A stretch of 64,000 nucleotides of DNA from the human T2T-CHM13v2.0 reference genome, Homo sapiens. Where the stretch lies: NCBI RefSeq assembly GCF_009914755.1, contig NC_060937.1; one strand, 5' to 3'. Position numbers and translations under genes: made by a program. Under the pieces are notes generated by a model. The model was not told where the DNA came from, searched no databases, and saw nothing but the letters and a program-made list of their open reading frames with translations. This document shows, one piece after another, positions 11,599 to 26,510 of the stretch; position 1 is the first letter of the stretch, and each line of letters starts with the position of its first letter.

Positions 11599-14050
11599 AC
11601 CAACTGTTTTTCTGCTCTTCTTAATTTTTTTAAAGATTAAAAACAAAGAAATCTTGTTCCGGGACCCTAATGAAAAAAAATTTCAAATCTTTTCAGTTTG
11701 TCCATGACCAAAGAGTTGCTTTAATAGGAAAAAATCTGTTCTTATCCCTGTCAGATTTATGGTTAATGGGTTTGCAACGGCAAGGAGGCAAGGAATGGTT
11801 CTATTTCTGACAGAGCAGCCTGCATCTGCTTTATGCTGTCTGGAGGGAAGTGGTCTGAGGCAGGCTCACCCGTGGAAGTGCTCACGTATTCTGTATTATT
11901 TTTCTACACTGGAGCTGAGATTCTTCTCTTCACAGCCTTGCAGAGTAAGTCAGTGCCTACAAGTGTAAGAAGGAGCTGTAATCTTCATGAGGATGGTTAT
12001 ACTTCAGTATTCTTAAAGAGAACATGAACATTTTTGAGCTGTATGTTCTTAGGGACAACTGTGCTTCGATGTGGTCAGTCTCGTCACTTGTGAGTAGCTG
12101 TGAAATCTTTAGTGTGCATGTGTTTGCACCTCTGTGGTCTGTCAACGTGGCTGTCACTGAAGGAGCAAGAGACCATCTTTTAGGAACCCTGCCACCAAAT
12201 AATAATATATCCAGGCTTAGACTTTGGATTAATGTTAAATGTACATTTTTTTGGTTCAGTACCTGAAGAAGAATACTGAAACTTGAATCTATAAATTCCT
12301 ATGGACCCTTTTAATATTAAACACAACAAATTAAAAGTTGTTATAGGTAAAATAAGTTCAGATAAAATAGTGGTGGTATTTAAAATAATATTGCTGAAGT
12401 GCAGATTGAAATACTTTTTAAACAACTGAAGTTCTGAGTTTTTATAGGGAATTTCATGTAACAAGACTGGTTTAGAAACGTAAAGTTGCGCAGTCAACAT
12501 AAATAAATACAGAATGCCATGTTCTCCACTTCTAAGTAAAGACAGTGGGCAGCTTCTGTTTCTCCTTCTATCAAGGCTTCACCCTATCTTAAAGGTCTGT
12601 GGTGCCTCCCACGTGGGACCTGTCTGCTGGTATGTGTTAAACAGCAGACCGGCCCTTCTACCAGATCTTGATGCCTCTGATTTTCTCCTGCCTACAAGAA
12701 AATACAGGCAAGGTTAGTCAGGTCTGGCTATATTTCCACTGTTGTTTCATTTAATAAGATGGCATCTCCTCTTGAGATATGTTCTTCTTACCTTTTAAGA
12801 AGATACTATTTAAGAAGTGAACTATTCAGTCTTTGTATACTGAATGCTTTTTCCCTAAAAAATGTTAATCAAGAATATTGAATATTTATGGCACTCTTGA
12901 TGCTGCATTTGAAAGCTGAAGGAATTACTTTAGATAGATAGGAATTGCTACCTTTATTCTGGAAAGGTTTTGTTTCTGCCTCAAAGCATTTTGAAGTGTT
13001 TTAACCATTAAAGGGTCTAATTTTTTTTTCTTAATGAAATCAAGCATTTTAATTCACTGTGGGAGGCATCCTGACCACGGACATCCATAACAGCAAAGCA
13101 CAAATCGTTTTCGTCTGTAGTCATATCCTGAAACATAGGTGGACAAATTTTTAACTGAGAGACAAAAATCACATAGTTGAATTGAGCAGAACACTTAAGT
13201 GCTTTCTGCATCTATTTAGGAGTCTATTTCTTACCAATAAACTTGACAACGCATTTGGAAAACTAGTGAACACCTTACAGCTTTCATTTTGCTTTAATGT
13301 TTCAATTCAAGCCGGTGTAAAAATAATTTCCAAGGCATTTCTGTTTATTCTTTAGTAATCTCACTACTGGCTATGTCAGCAATATCTTTTTCAATCTGGT
13401 TCCTTTTGTATATGATGTCACTGTGACCTCTTTGAAATATAGTGATGGCTTTTACCTACTTTGAAAAGAATTTTCACATAGAGTCAGAAAAAAAAGGAAA
13501 TATCAAATCACTTGCCTTTCCACTTGGAGAGCACGACAGTTGCCAACAACAAGGGGTCAAGGGCCGCACAGGAGATGTGTGGGGGCCTGGCCACCTCCCA
13601 CCTGCTGCCCAGAGGCTTGTTTGCATTTTCATTTTTTCTCCACTTGTAACAACCATAGTTTCAGCTCCTAAATTCTTATCATGGATTTACTTAGTCATCT
13701 TAACTGACCTGCAGTTACTTGCCTGTTTTCAGTGAAGAGAGAGAAGCAGCTCTGGTGCCACATGCCAGTGCCATGGAGGGAAATGAATTCTCTGCAATCT
13801 GTTGTTTCGCTGATTCATGAAGAAAGTAACAACTGTTGAGTTTCAGCCTTGATGGCTGTCGGCAGTTTTCTGGTGTCCACCCAAACGGAGAGACAGTCAC
13901 TCCTGCTTACCCTAATGTGTGACTGAGAAGCAGCCTGGGTGTGTAAAGAGATAGTCATTCCCCCTGCCTGTCTCACTGTAGGGTAGCATTATCCACTGTA
14001 AAACCATACTACTTTCATTTTCCCTTGGGGACTACAGGTGCCAGGTAACC

Positions 14051-14330
14051 TTTTTTTTTTTTTTTTTTTTTTTTTTGAGACAGAATCTTGCTCTGTTGCC
14101 CAGGCTGGAGTGCAGGGACACCTCCCGGGTTCAAGCAGTTCTCCTGCCTCAGCCTCCAAGTAGCTGGGACTATAGGCACGCACCACCATGCCTGGCTAAT
14201 TTTTGTATTTTTAGTAGAAATGGGGTTTCACTGTGTTAGCCAGGATGGTCTTGATCTCCTGACCTTGTGATCTGCCCGCCTTGGCCTTCCAAAGTGTTGG
14301 GATTACAGGCGTGAGCCACTGCGCCTGGCC
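14051..14330 (-). mobile_element. Antisense Alu in the DNAJC3 3' UTR
   Basis: polyT plus Alu with a ~30-bp internal deletion near 14115; TSD caggtaaccttt on both sides. Confidence 0.97.
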
Positions 14331-15529
14331 ATCAGGTAACCTTTATGGCTCTTTCAGGAAAAGTGAAATCAGAGAGGCGTACCCTAGCCACAGCTGTTGT
14401 ATTCTGCTCTTCTTTCCTTTTTGGTGAGCTTCATGGGTGGAGTTATCAGTGGTCTGTACTTTGTGGATATTTTGCCCAGCAGGAAGTATTAGACACATCA
14501 GTCTAGAAGCATTGTGAAAAGGTTCCAAAACGGGAGACAAAATTTAATTCATTCCTCAGTTCTGAAAGTTTGTGCTTTCTTACCATGAATAGATGAAAAC
14601 TTGAAAAAAATCTTGACAGTTTACTAATGTGAATCAGATGTAACGTACTACTAATTCTACAATGCCTTTCTCTTTAGTCAGTATTAAAAATCTTTTTTAA
14701 AGTATTGGTATGAAAACAAATTTTTGTTGCCCTGATAATGGAATTTTAAAACTACCCACAGTTTAAGAGAAAACATAACTTGGTAAAAAAGGTAGCCAAT
14801 AAAACCACAATTTGAAATTGATACCATTTTCTACTCACAATGGATGATGAAAAATTTCACCTTTAAATGGGTCAGAAGTTGTCTTTGACATTTACCATGA
14901 AAAAACTACATAAAATGGCTCCCTGGTGAGGTTACAGACACGGCCCTGGTGATGGGCGTTGCAAAGTTTTCACTGAGCACACAGCAATGGTATCACCTAG
15001 AGAAGTTCACGCAACTTTGTTGAATGTAGTTGACTTTTCCAAATTTATAAAGGAAGGAAGAAGGCAAATGTTAATTTGCCAACAACGAATATCCTTTTTC
15101 TAAATCAGATCATTCCTTTTTTGTTAGTGGCAGTTTATCCTGTAATTTCAAATGACGTTAAGAGGTGGGATTATTTGGGGGTTTTTTTTGTTTGTTTACA
15201 GATGATCTCATTTGCTGAATGATTGATTTAAGAGTAAAATTAGCCACTGCGTGGCTTTGTGTATAGTAACCGGTTTTGTTGCACTTGTCTGTGGCTGAAA
15301 CACTTACCTGCAGTGGAAAGCCGAGCAAGGAGGAGGTAAACATTGGAGATGTTTGTGAAAATATTACTCTTGCTGTGAGGTTTTAGTTTGTTTTGAATGA
15401 GAAAAGACTAAGTAACTTAATCCATCTCAATGTAGTGTTTTAATAAAAAAGGAACCTAATATTTGAAATGGGTCTCAGACATGTCTACAAATATGGGTAC
15501 TATTTTTATGCCCGTGTATTTTCACATTT

Positions 15530-15535
15530 AATAAA
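15530..15535 (+). terminator. Probable distal polyA signal of DNAJC3
   Basis: AATAAA with upstream TGTA and downstream T-rich sequence; second hexamer at 15442-15447. Confidence 0.7.
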
Positions 15536-16066
15536 AATATTTATGGTCATATCAGTATTTCCTTGCTTTTGATTCATTTTTGTCCTTGAGTATAAAATTC
15601 TAAGAAAGTCCGTCTTAGGAAAAGTCTATTATTTCCAGCTTTGCTTCACGCAAAACCAGTGACTGAGGTGACAAAAGGGCTCTTCCTTTACACAAGTTGA
15701 CAGGGAAGGTCAGAACACACAAAGCAGAAAGGGCTAAAATAAAATCTCTTAACCCTCAAAAGTCCTAGGACAACTAAGGACTTAAAAAGTGGACAAGTCT
15801 TCCATTTCAGTGCTATTAAAATGTAACACTTAAATTGGCTTTGTCTGAAGATTTTCTCTTCTCTTTTATACCCCATTTGTACATTTCTGTTAAGGTCCTA
15901 AGTTGGGAGGAAGGAAGGACACTATAGCCTATCTATCTCAAATTTCCAGCTACAAACAGAAGGAACTGCCTTCTCAGTTAATGTATTCTGCATATCTTAA
16001 GAAAGATCCAAGGAGAGCTACGATATGTAAATGTATACAGAACTTTTCCAGAAAGCTCAAACCTTC

Positions 16067-16368
16067 CTTTTTTTTTTTTTTTTTTTTGAGACGGAGTCTT
16101 GCTCTGTTGCCCAGGCTGGAGTGCAGTGGCATGATCTCGGCTCACTGCAACCTCTGCCTCCCTGGTTCAAACAATTAACTGCCACAGCCTCCCGAGTAGC
16201 TGGGATTATAGGTGCCCACCACCACACCTGGCTAATTTTTTTGTATTTTTAGTAGAGATGGGGTTTCACCATCTTGGCCAGGCTGGTCTTGAATTCCTGA
16301 CCTCGTGATCCACCTGCCTTGACCTCCCAAAGTGCTGGGATTACAGGCGTGAGCCACTGCACCCGGCC
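16067..16368 (-). mobile_element. Alu (AluS-like)
   Basis: polyT plus full dimer in reverse. Confidence 0.97.
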
Positions 16369-17123
16369 AAAGCTTCCAAATTCTTAATCGTCATGATATT
16401 GTAGCAATATATGAGCAGCCAGCCTGAGTCTGAAGATAAACAGCATGAACACGTGGAGCAGGCATGAGGGCTGTAGGGAAACTGCAAGAAGAAGGGAGGT
16501 CCAGGTCCTCTTCCCAGAGCCTCAGGAGCTCTCATTGAGCAGGCACCAAACCCGCTCCCTCCCTACCCCCAGGCCCAAATCAGTGCTTCATTATCTTTAA
16601 AAAAAAATTATCATTTTAATCTTAATGCCAGCTTACAGGTCACACCTCAGAGACCCTGAACTCTGCAAACCCTTTTATGCTGAGCAAATCCTTTGGGAAT
16701 GCTTCTATGATAAAAGCTTAATATGCATATTTATTGCCTTATACTAGGATTCTGTTTCTAATGAAGCATACAGGAGATAACTCAGCTTGCATTCCTATTT
16801 TGAACACATTTCCAGCCTTCACTCAGTTCTGTTTTTCCTGATCAACTCAGTCTACTGGGATAAGCATCCCTCTGACAGATACTCCCAGGGACTGGGCCGC
16901 CGTGGCTTGGAAGGGCCACTGGGAACATTAGTGCCAAGGTCTGAGGAAACCAGAATTGAACATATGTAAAAAGCATAAGGGAGTAACCACTGCTTGCAGC
17001 ATTTCTGAGTGGATTTCAACTGCTCTTAAGTCTTCTTGGTATTTATATACTTCCTTGTTATTACAGGAGATTTGTATAGGTATATCTTTGAGTACAGTGT
17101 GCCATTTGTAGGTACGGTTAAAA

Positions 17124-17633
<510 letters not shown>

Positions 17634-18079
17634 GGATAATTCTTTTAACAAATTACGTACATTTCACTGTGTCAAGTTTTCTTAGGATTTTAGATACCCT
17701 GTCACTTCATATATACCACCGGTTGCACTATTTTGTTTCCTGCAATGTTTGTGGCTTTGTTATCTCAAGTTACAGTGGAAAGACTTCATTCTATGGTTAA
17801 TGTTTGTACAAACAAAATAGCATCTATTCCTCCTACTGAATGCATAAACATTAAGCAATTGTGGAATGAGGGGAGGGCTCTCCCTGTAGGACAGGGCCTC
17901 AGATGAGAGGAAATTCATTATGGACATTGAACAATGAAAAAAAGCAGCATTAGCAAATCTAGAGCTTTTGTCCAAAAAGTTGGTACTGCTGTTATGAATA
18001 AGGAATTAGGAAACAATGCAGGCATAAAAATATTCACCGAGCAGTTTAGGATTTATATGAATGGATGTTAGCCCTTCAC

Positions 18080-18400
18080 TGCGCTTGAGGATCAAATCAC
18101 AAAAGCTCTTCACATGGTTCATAAACTCACTTGCCTTGTCACCCAGGCTCCAACCTCATGGGCCTTCTTTCAGTCCTCAAACGAACAAAACTCCTTCCAT
18201 ACTATTCTTTCTTGCCTGGCTAGCACGAACTTTTACTTCAGGTTTCATCCTAAAATGTTACTTGTTAGGTCTGTCTTGACACTTGCCCTTCACAACATTT
18301 TCATTTGGGTATTAATGTCTGTCATTTATACTGTCTAGTAACCTTAAGAGGACAGCTTGGCACACAGTAGGTACCTAAATTATTTGTTAAATTGTTGAAA
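18080..18400 (+). mobile_element. L2 3' end fragment
   Basis: Ends in tggcacacagtaggtacctaaattatttgtt, typical of the L2 terminus. Confidence 0.6.
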
Positions 18401-21154
18401 TATTTGTTCAATCTGTTCAGGGCAGAGAGACCTACCATATTACTGGCCTTATTTAGATGAAACTTTTTAGAAATCGTTTTCTGGTGGAAGCAGACCGTGG
18501 GGAAACAAAGGAAAAGCTACCTACCAGCGTGAGGAAGACAAACACGGCAGAGGTCTGTGGCAGGACATTTGTATGGAAAGTAGTTTCAATCTGATGCTCT
18601 AGACTAGACACTCTACTACAGGATTAGTTCTATTTATTTCAACATTCATCTTACCCAGTAAAGGTAGTACCATAATTATTCCTCCTCTCCTTTTCCTGAA
18701 AATTTTAAATTAAACATATTCAAATAATGGTTTGAAGCCCATCTTTAAAATCTGAATAATTTTTCTTCAATTCTAATAAAAACCTTTCCTTTTTAAAGTA
18801 AAATCACATCAGGTAGGATACAAACTTTACATAGTTGAGCAGATCCACATGATTGAAGTAAACTTCTTCACTTCAAGTAATTATTAACTGTAGAGGAGAA
18901 GATTATTTTCCAAATCAGAGATCTTTACAACAGAGGTGTTACTAGTTCTAAGTCAAGAGGCTTTACCTGAGAATTTCTCAGAAAATAGAAGTTTGTATTT
19001 GGTAAATGGGGTTAACAAATAGAAAATGGGGAACAGCTGTCACATTACGATAACACTTGAAGACTTTAAAAAAGAGAGGTTCTAGAATGGGCTTACACAC
19101 CTGACCGAGCCCCTCTAACTTACAAAGTTACCTGTAATTTTGGCCATCAAAGCCCTGGACCATCATGTTTCCTCTTCCTCACTCTGCCACCAAAGGTGAG
19201 ATTTTAACCAATCAACTGGTTCTTTAGAAGTGAGTGGAGCCCCTTCAGTCTATGAAGTAACAGAAGTGAGTGAGACAATGGCTGGGTCATAACTTCTGCT
19301 TGTTGGTTTGAGCATGGGCCCATCAGCACCTTTTACTTCATCTCTGTAACTATGGATCTGAGACACATGATCCACGTGTTCATCTGACTTGTCCCGTACC
19401 TCCTGCCCATGAAAGTATTCTGTTGGGTCCCTGGAGCCTCTTCTGGGCAGTGGCAATTTGTTGTCTGGTTGCTTTTCAGGTGCTGGAGTCAGGACCTGGC
19501 ACACAGCAACAAGCAGTTCTGTGGGCAGGTCCCACTTGTGTCAGACTACATGTTTAATATTAAAAGCCTGATTTTATAACCCCAGGCTGACATGGCTTTA
19601 GGTGCCTTTAGAAGTATTTGATGCTATCCTTCTAGGAGCTATGTTGTTCTCTAGGAGCTTGAGGGTAACTGGAGCCAAATGACAGGCATTTCCCAAATAC
19701 AATCTTTTGGACCTAAGTGTTGGAGGTGGTATGCTGACTTTGGATTGTCTTAATGCTCAGATTCTGGGTCTACTTTCTACATAAAGCTCACACATCACTG
19801 TGGGTCAAACACAAATGCTTCTCATTCTTAGTTTAGATACACTGTTCTGACACTTTTTCTAAGAAGGCAGAAAGAGAAGACATTTATCACTTCCCATAGT
19901 TAGAAACTAGTTCCCCCACATTCCGCTGACCTCCACTACTTCTAGGATTTGATTTTTGTTAAAACTTGACATAGGGCCTGCAGCCGAGAACCAGAATTTA
20001 GGATCCTGAATATACCATGAAAGCCGTTGGACTATATTTGTTCAGCATCTCCAGGACAAGGAACTGAATGGCTTTCTCTCCAAGTGTTAGCAAATAAGAC
20101 CTATGGTTCAGTTATGTAATGTGTCCCTGAGGAGGGTACATTTTTGTATGGCACAGCAGTTTGTATGCATGAGAGCTCTTGACATAACAGCATTTTTAAA
20201 ACAAGCCATTTAATTAAAACATCTCACTGTAAAGAAATACCTTATTTATAAATCTGGATTTTCTGGTATAAGGTGTCACTCACCTGGAAATGTAACATGT
20301 AAACTGGCCACTCAGATCACAAGATGCAAACAGGGAGGGGGGCCATCAAGACTGTGTTTACATTGTTCTGTAATTTTAGCTTAATACTCCATGAAAATAT
20401 GGGACCTAGAATACTGGAGAAGGCCATTGTAGGTAATAAAAGTAGGAATCCGGTGTCTCTGCCCAGCTGATCATCCTTTCTATAAGATTCTCACAGAAGT
20501 GAAGACAGGCTGGTAACAAAGGAAAACAAAGTACCATCTTATAGTTGAGGTTTGTGCCCCAGCCACCGCAGCAGACCTCTGGGTAGCTGGGTGGAGCATC
20601 TGGCCTGACCTAGAACCTTACAGAGTCTCACCTCTTACCAATCCCCAGCTTCAGCTGACTCCCAAGAGTGAGCCGGAGAGCACCATGACGCTGGCCGCCC
20701 CAGGACCATTTACTGCTCCAGCCTCTGAGTGTACCCTATAGGATACTCTGAACTCACAGGAATAACCTAGTTCCACCAGAGCAGGCCATAAATGGTGCAC
20801 TCCATTTTAATACAGACAAACACGAACAAGTAACAAAGGGAGGATGACTGCAAGAGGGAGAGGCAGGCGCTCTCTTATTAGGAATGAATGGAGCTGATGG
20901 GAGGAGTAGTATTTTAACTCTATGGGCTGTTCTGTCAAACACAGAAGGATTAGCCTTGTTCTGAAAAGCTCACAGGAGTGAGCTTCGGCTCATGATGGAA
21001 CTGTGTGTACAGAGCTGTCCAAAGATGGACCAGCCTGTCTCTAGAGGTGGAGAGTTCCCTGTTGTCCTGGAATTTCCAAGATGGCCTGAGGCTCAGCTTT
21101 ACAGGCAGGGCCTTAGAAGAGGGGCCGGCACACTGGCTGGGGCCCAATTCTATT

Positions 21155-21272
21155 AAATGCTTCTCAAACTTGTCTAATTACAGAACCATCTGGAGAGCTT
21201 TTTAAACAATCATGATTTACCAAGCTTACTTTAGACCTAATGAATCAGACTCTCCACAGGATGAGGTCCAAA
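21155..21272. mobile_element. MER5-like hAT-Charlie fragment
   Basis: tgcttctcaaactt...catctggagagcttttt...gacctaatgaatcagactctcc. Confidence 0.55.
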
Positions 21273-21677
21273 TGGCACTGAGTTCTCTTCCAGTCCCATG
21301 ATCCTATGATTTTAGAATAGTTGGATAGTTTTTAAACATTTACTATTATTCATCTATTATTAATACACATCAGAAAAACAAACTGGTTACATCCTCAACT
21401 TAGTTCCCATAAAAGTACCTAGTCCTTTTAAAAAGAGAATACACATATATCCCACATGCCCATAAATGCTTTTTATGACATAAAATTAGAAACATTAAAA
21501 AATCCAAATACCGCATAAGATTAAAACATTGTTTAAGATAAATGATTACTATGCAACAATATTACTTCCATTTTAAAACAATAGTTAAGGAATAAATGGG
21601 CTTAATTATTAATTATTGTTGTCTCAGAAGGAAAAATACAAAATAGGTTTCTGTAATTTTAAATGCATTTCTGTAAT

Positions 21678-21980
21678 ATTATTATTGTTATTATTTTTTG
21701 AGACAGTCTTACTCTGTCGCCCAGGCTTGAGTGCAATGGGCGCAATATCGGCTCACTGAAACCCCTGCCTCCCGGGTTCAAACAATTCTCCTGCCTCAGG
21801 CTCCCAAGTAGCTGGGATTACAGGCGCCCACCGTCACGCCCAGCTAATTTTTTGTATTTTTCGTAGAGACGGGGTTCTGCCATGTTGGCCAGGGTGGTCT
21901 CAAACTCCTGAACTCAGCTGATCCACCTGTCTTGGCCTCCTAAAGTGCTGGGATTACAGGTGTAGCCACTGCACCCAGCC
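21678..21980 (-). mobile_element. Alu (AluS-like)
   Basis: Reverse dimer; 18-bp TSD taaatgcatttctgtaat. Confidence 0.97.
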
Positions 21981-22169
21981 TAAATGCATTTCTGTAATTT
22001 TAAATGCATTTTGTGAATAAGGAAATGTGGATGCACATAAAACCAGATACAAAAGGCTATAGTTTGATAAACACCAGCTAGTCCGGTACCTGGGCTATCT
22101 GGCAAAATGTCAAACTTTAACTGGTGATCAGGAAAAAGGAACAATCAGGTTTTAAATACTCAATGGTCA

Positions 22170-22175
22170 TTTATT
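22170..22175 (-). terminator. UGGT2 polyA signal
   Basis: TTTATT on + (AATAAA on -), ~185 nt downstream of the UGGT2 stop. Confidence 0.8.
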
Positions 22176-22359
22176 ATATAACTTAAACTCATTCAATACA
22201 TTAAATAACTGTTTTAAATAATTACAATTTTTTAAAATTAAAGAATATGTCACTGATCTTAACGAGACTTCCAAATCGTCTCAGCAGGGGCTCCAGACTT
22301 CCCCAGCAGGCGGCAGGTTTCCTGTCATGCTTTCGCCTTCCTTCTCATATACACCAGTG

Positions 22360-22382
22360 CTAGAGTTCATCATGTGTCAAAA
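22360..22382 (-). CDS. UGGT2: UGGT2 last coding exon (ER retrieval signal)
   Basis: Minus strand: cttttctcccttatag|TT TTG ACA CAT GAT GAA CTC TAG = (I)LTHDEL*; phase matches exon 53497-53623. Confidence 0.96.
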
Positions 22383-22549
22383 CTATAAGGGAGAAAAGTT
22401 TATTTAGCTTCTGGCATCTTAAACATAAAAATATCTTAAATATTACTTACATATGATGAGGAAGCACCGGTACTGACTGAGGATCCTTTATTTGCTAGTT
22501 CAGTACCTATATGCTTCATTACGCAACACGAGAATAGCTCTTTGTACAC

Positions 22550-22720
22550 TGTGATGTCTATTATATTGTCTCATAACTACTGGTCTTTCTACCCACCTAG
22601 AATGTGAGCTCCCATGAGTCTATGAGGACAAGGAACATACCTTACTTATCTTTGTTATCTTTAGGATCTAGCATCCTGCCTGGCAGATAAGAGGTCTTGA
22701 AGAATACTAACAGATTATTC
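22550..22720 (+). mobile_element. L2 3' end fragment
   Basis: ctagaatgtgagctcccatgag...tctagcatcctgcctggca pattern. Confidence 0.6.
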
Positions 22721-23283
22721 ACTGTGAATACAGTATTCTACCCTTAATGTAATGGAACAACAGAAAGCAGAGGACATATTAATATATAGTCGTCATCTAA
22801 GATGGGAGGACACAGCACTCTGACATAGACATAAGTACTACATAAATGCAAGCACAATTCTGATGAGACTCTCAGAGAACAAAATGGTCTCTTCTGCATC
22901 ACTGAGCTGTCACATACCAACTGATGTAAATCACTGAGAACTCAATATTTTCAGGCAGAAATTAAATAAAATACAATTTAAATGCATGCTGTTCCACAAT
23001 TCAAGATGGCAGACTATATTTCTTCACTAAATTCTACTGGAAAGATAATAAATATAAAAAGGAAAAACAATAATGAGAACGAGGGAAGTGGTTACAAGAC
23101 ACTTGTTGGGGCAAAGTTACCAATGAATTTCAAGAAATGGGAAACAGGGATAGACTGCACGAAACAACTTCATCCCAGGATACACCGCTGAAACGATGAG
23201 TTGGCTTTCCTGATGGAGGAGGCTGGACGAGGCTATAACAAACGCCAGTGGACAGTGAGTCACACAGTGAGGCTATCAAGTAA

Positions 23284-23703
<420 letters not shown>

Positions 23704-23819
23704 GATAGCCTGGTATCTATTCTAAGATAAAAAGTGGAAGTCTATTCTTGAAAGAAAATTGAACAATTTTGAGAGAGACAAAGAGGGAGAAATAAAGGGT
23801 GGGAGAGAGGGGGAAAGAG

Positions 23820-24148
<329 letters not shown>

Positions 24149-24759
24149 TGAGTGTCTGCTCTTGAGTAAAGCGCCCTCATTTGGGCTTTTGGGGTGGTGT
24201 ACAGGATGGGCTTTGATCTGTTCCATGACCATACACCTAGAAGGAAGCCTGCCAGTTGTACACCGTGGGTTAGTTAGTAATTAACCCTCCCATTTGGGGA
24301 AGGCTCTCGGAGAAACACATTTAAACCCTGGCAGAGGAAACCCACACCAGTTATTATATTGATCAATCTAACATTTCATTGTTAAATATATACAAACAGC
24401 CAAAGATCTCCAGGTTTTTGAGGAAGACCAGTAACAAAAGAAAAAAGGGCCAAGATGAATACATAAGACAGCTTAAACAAAAAGGAACTGAAAAGAACTA
24501 AAGCAATATTCAAAACAGTTCTAACTGGTATTTCAGGGGATATTAGAAAAAATCCACGAAACCATAAAACAAGAACAAAATGAAATTAAAAAGAAGCAAG
24601 CAGGGAAAAGAAAGATCTGTTAGAAATTAAGAAGTGATTACCCCTCTAAAATAAATGAATAGAAAGATTGAAGATAATGTCAAAGAATTTTTTCAGAACA
24701 CAAATGAAAGGAAAAGATAAACAAGAGAAAATATAAGTACAAAAGATCTATAGGACTAA

Positions 24760-26510
24760 GAAGACAATTCTATTTACAGTAGCATCAAAAGGATCAAAAT
24801 AATTAGGAATAAACCTAATCTAGGAGGTGATACATGTGTATACTGAAAATAACAAAAAATTGCTGAGAGAAATGAAAGAAGACACAAATAAATGGAAAGA
24901 CATTCCACATTCATGAGCTGGAAATTTAATATTAAGATGTCTATACTACCCAAAGCAATCTACAGATTCAGATTCAACAAAATCCCTATAAAAACCCCAA
25001 TGATGCTTTTTATAGAAACAGGAAAACTCATCCTGAAATTCATACAGAATCACAAGGGATGCCGAAAATATTGTGAAAAAGAATGAAGTTGGCAGATTCA
25101 CATTTCCTGATTTTATAACATATTACAAAGCTTCAGTAATGAAAACAGTATGGTCCCGGCATAAAGACAAATAGCCCAATGGAATAGAGAGCCCAGAAAT
25201 AAACTCTTGTGTATATGATCAATTCATCTTTGATAAGGATGCCAAGAATACTCAGTGGGAAAATAACAGTCTCTTTCATAAATGGAGTTGGGCAAACTGG
25301 ATATCTACACACAAAAGAATAAAGCTGAACTCCTATCTTACATGACATATGAAAATTAACTAAAAATGGATTAAAAACCTAAATATAAGACCTGAAATTA
25401 TAAAACTCCTGAGGAACACATAGGGAAAAATCTTCATGACACTGACATGGCAATGACTTCTTACATATGACACCAAAAATATAACAAAAGTAAAAATAGA
25501 TAGATGGGATTATATTAAACCTAAAAACCTTTGTGTATCAAATGACACCATCAACAGAATGGAAAGGTAACCTAGCAAATAAGAGAAAATATCTGCAAAT
25601 CATGTATCTGATAAGCCATTAATATTTACAATATATAAAGAAACCCTGCAACTCAAAAACAAAAAATCAAATAACCTGATTAAAAAATGGACAAAGAACT
25701 TGAATATACATTTCTTCAAAGATGATATACAAATAGTCAGCAAACATAAGAAAATATGCTCAATATCACTAATCATTAGAGAAATGCATAACAAAACCAC
25801 AATGAAATTATTACCTCAGACCCATTAGTATGACTGCTATAAAAAAAAAAAACCCAGAAAATAAGAAGTGTTGGTGAGGATATGGAGAAACTGGAACTCT
25901 TTTGCACTGTTGATGGGAGTGTAAAATAATGCAACTGCTATGAAAAATAGAGGTTCCTTAAATATTCATATGATTTGGCAATCCTATTTCTGGACATACA
26001 TATCCAAAATAATGGAAAGCGGGGTCTCAAAGAGATATACACACACATGTCCATAGCTGCATTACTCACAGTAGCCAAAAGGTGAAAGCAAACCAAATGT
26101 CCATCGATGGATGAATGGGTAAACAAAATGTGGCAATATATATATACAATGGGATTTTATCCAGTCTTTTAAAAGGGAAGGAAATTCTGTCACATGTTAC
26201 AACATGAATAAATCTTGACAATATTATGCTGAGTGAAATCAGCCAGTCACAAAAAAATAAATACTATATTATCCCACTTATATAAAGTATCTAGAGTAGT
26301 CAAATTCACAGAGTAGAATGATGTTTGCCAGGGGCAGGGAGAGAGGGGGAAGGGGAACTGTTAATGAGTATAGAGTTTCAGATTTGCAACATGAAAAAGT
26401 TCTGGAGTTCTATTTCAAAACAATGTGAATATACTTAACATTACTGAACTTAAAAATGGTTAAAACAGTAAATCTTGTTACGTGATTTTTTTAACCACAA
26501 TGAAAAAATA
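24760..26510 (+). mobile_element. Old L1 (L1MA/MB) 3' portion
   Basis: Degenerate ORF2 ([13 protein letters not shown] in ORF 24892..25086) followed by an L1M-type 3' UTR. Confidence 0.9.

Larger units (their letters stand above)
11599..15556 (+). other. DNAJC3: DNAJC3 3' UTR (distal end approximate)
   Basis: Repeat-poor AU-rich sequence after the stop, with AATAAA at 12502, 13236, 14798, 15442 and 15530. Confidence 0.75.

Noticed and set aside
12608-12617. CCCACGTGGG palindrome (also CCACGTGG near 7800)
   Set aside because: Isolated E-box-like words lacking ERSE/UPRE context; expected by chance.
16551-16577. C-run cluster (G-quadruplex motif on the minus strand)
   Set aside because: Single common motif with no supporting context.
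21648-22012. Repeated tttctgtaattttaaatgca units around an Alu, superficially array-like
   Set aside because: An Alu TSD superimposed on a short pre-existing tandem repeat; no repeat-spacer array or CRISPR anywhere in the window.
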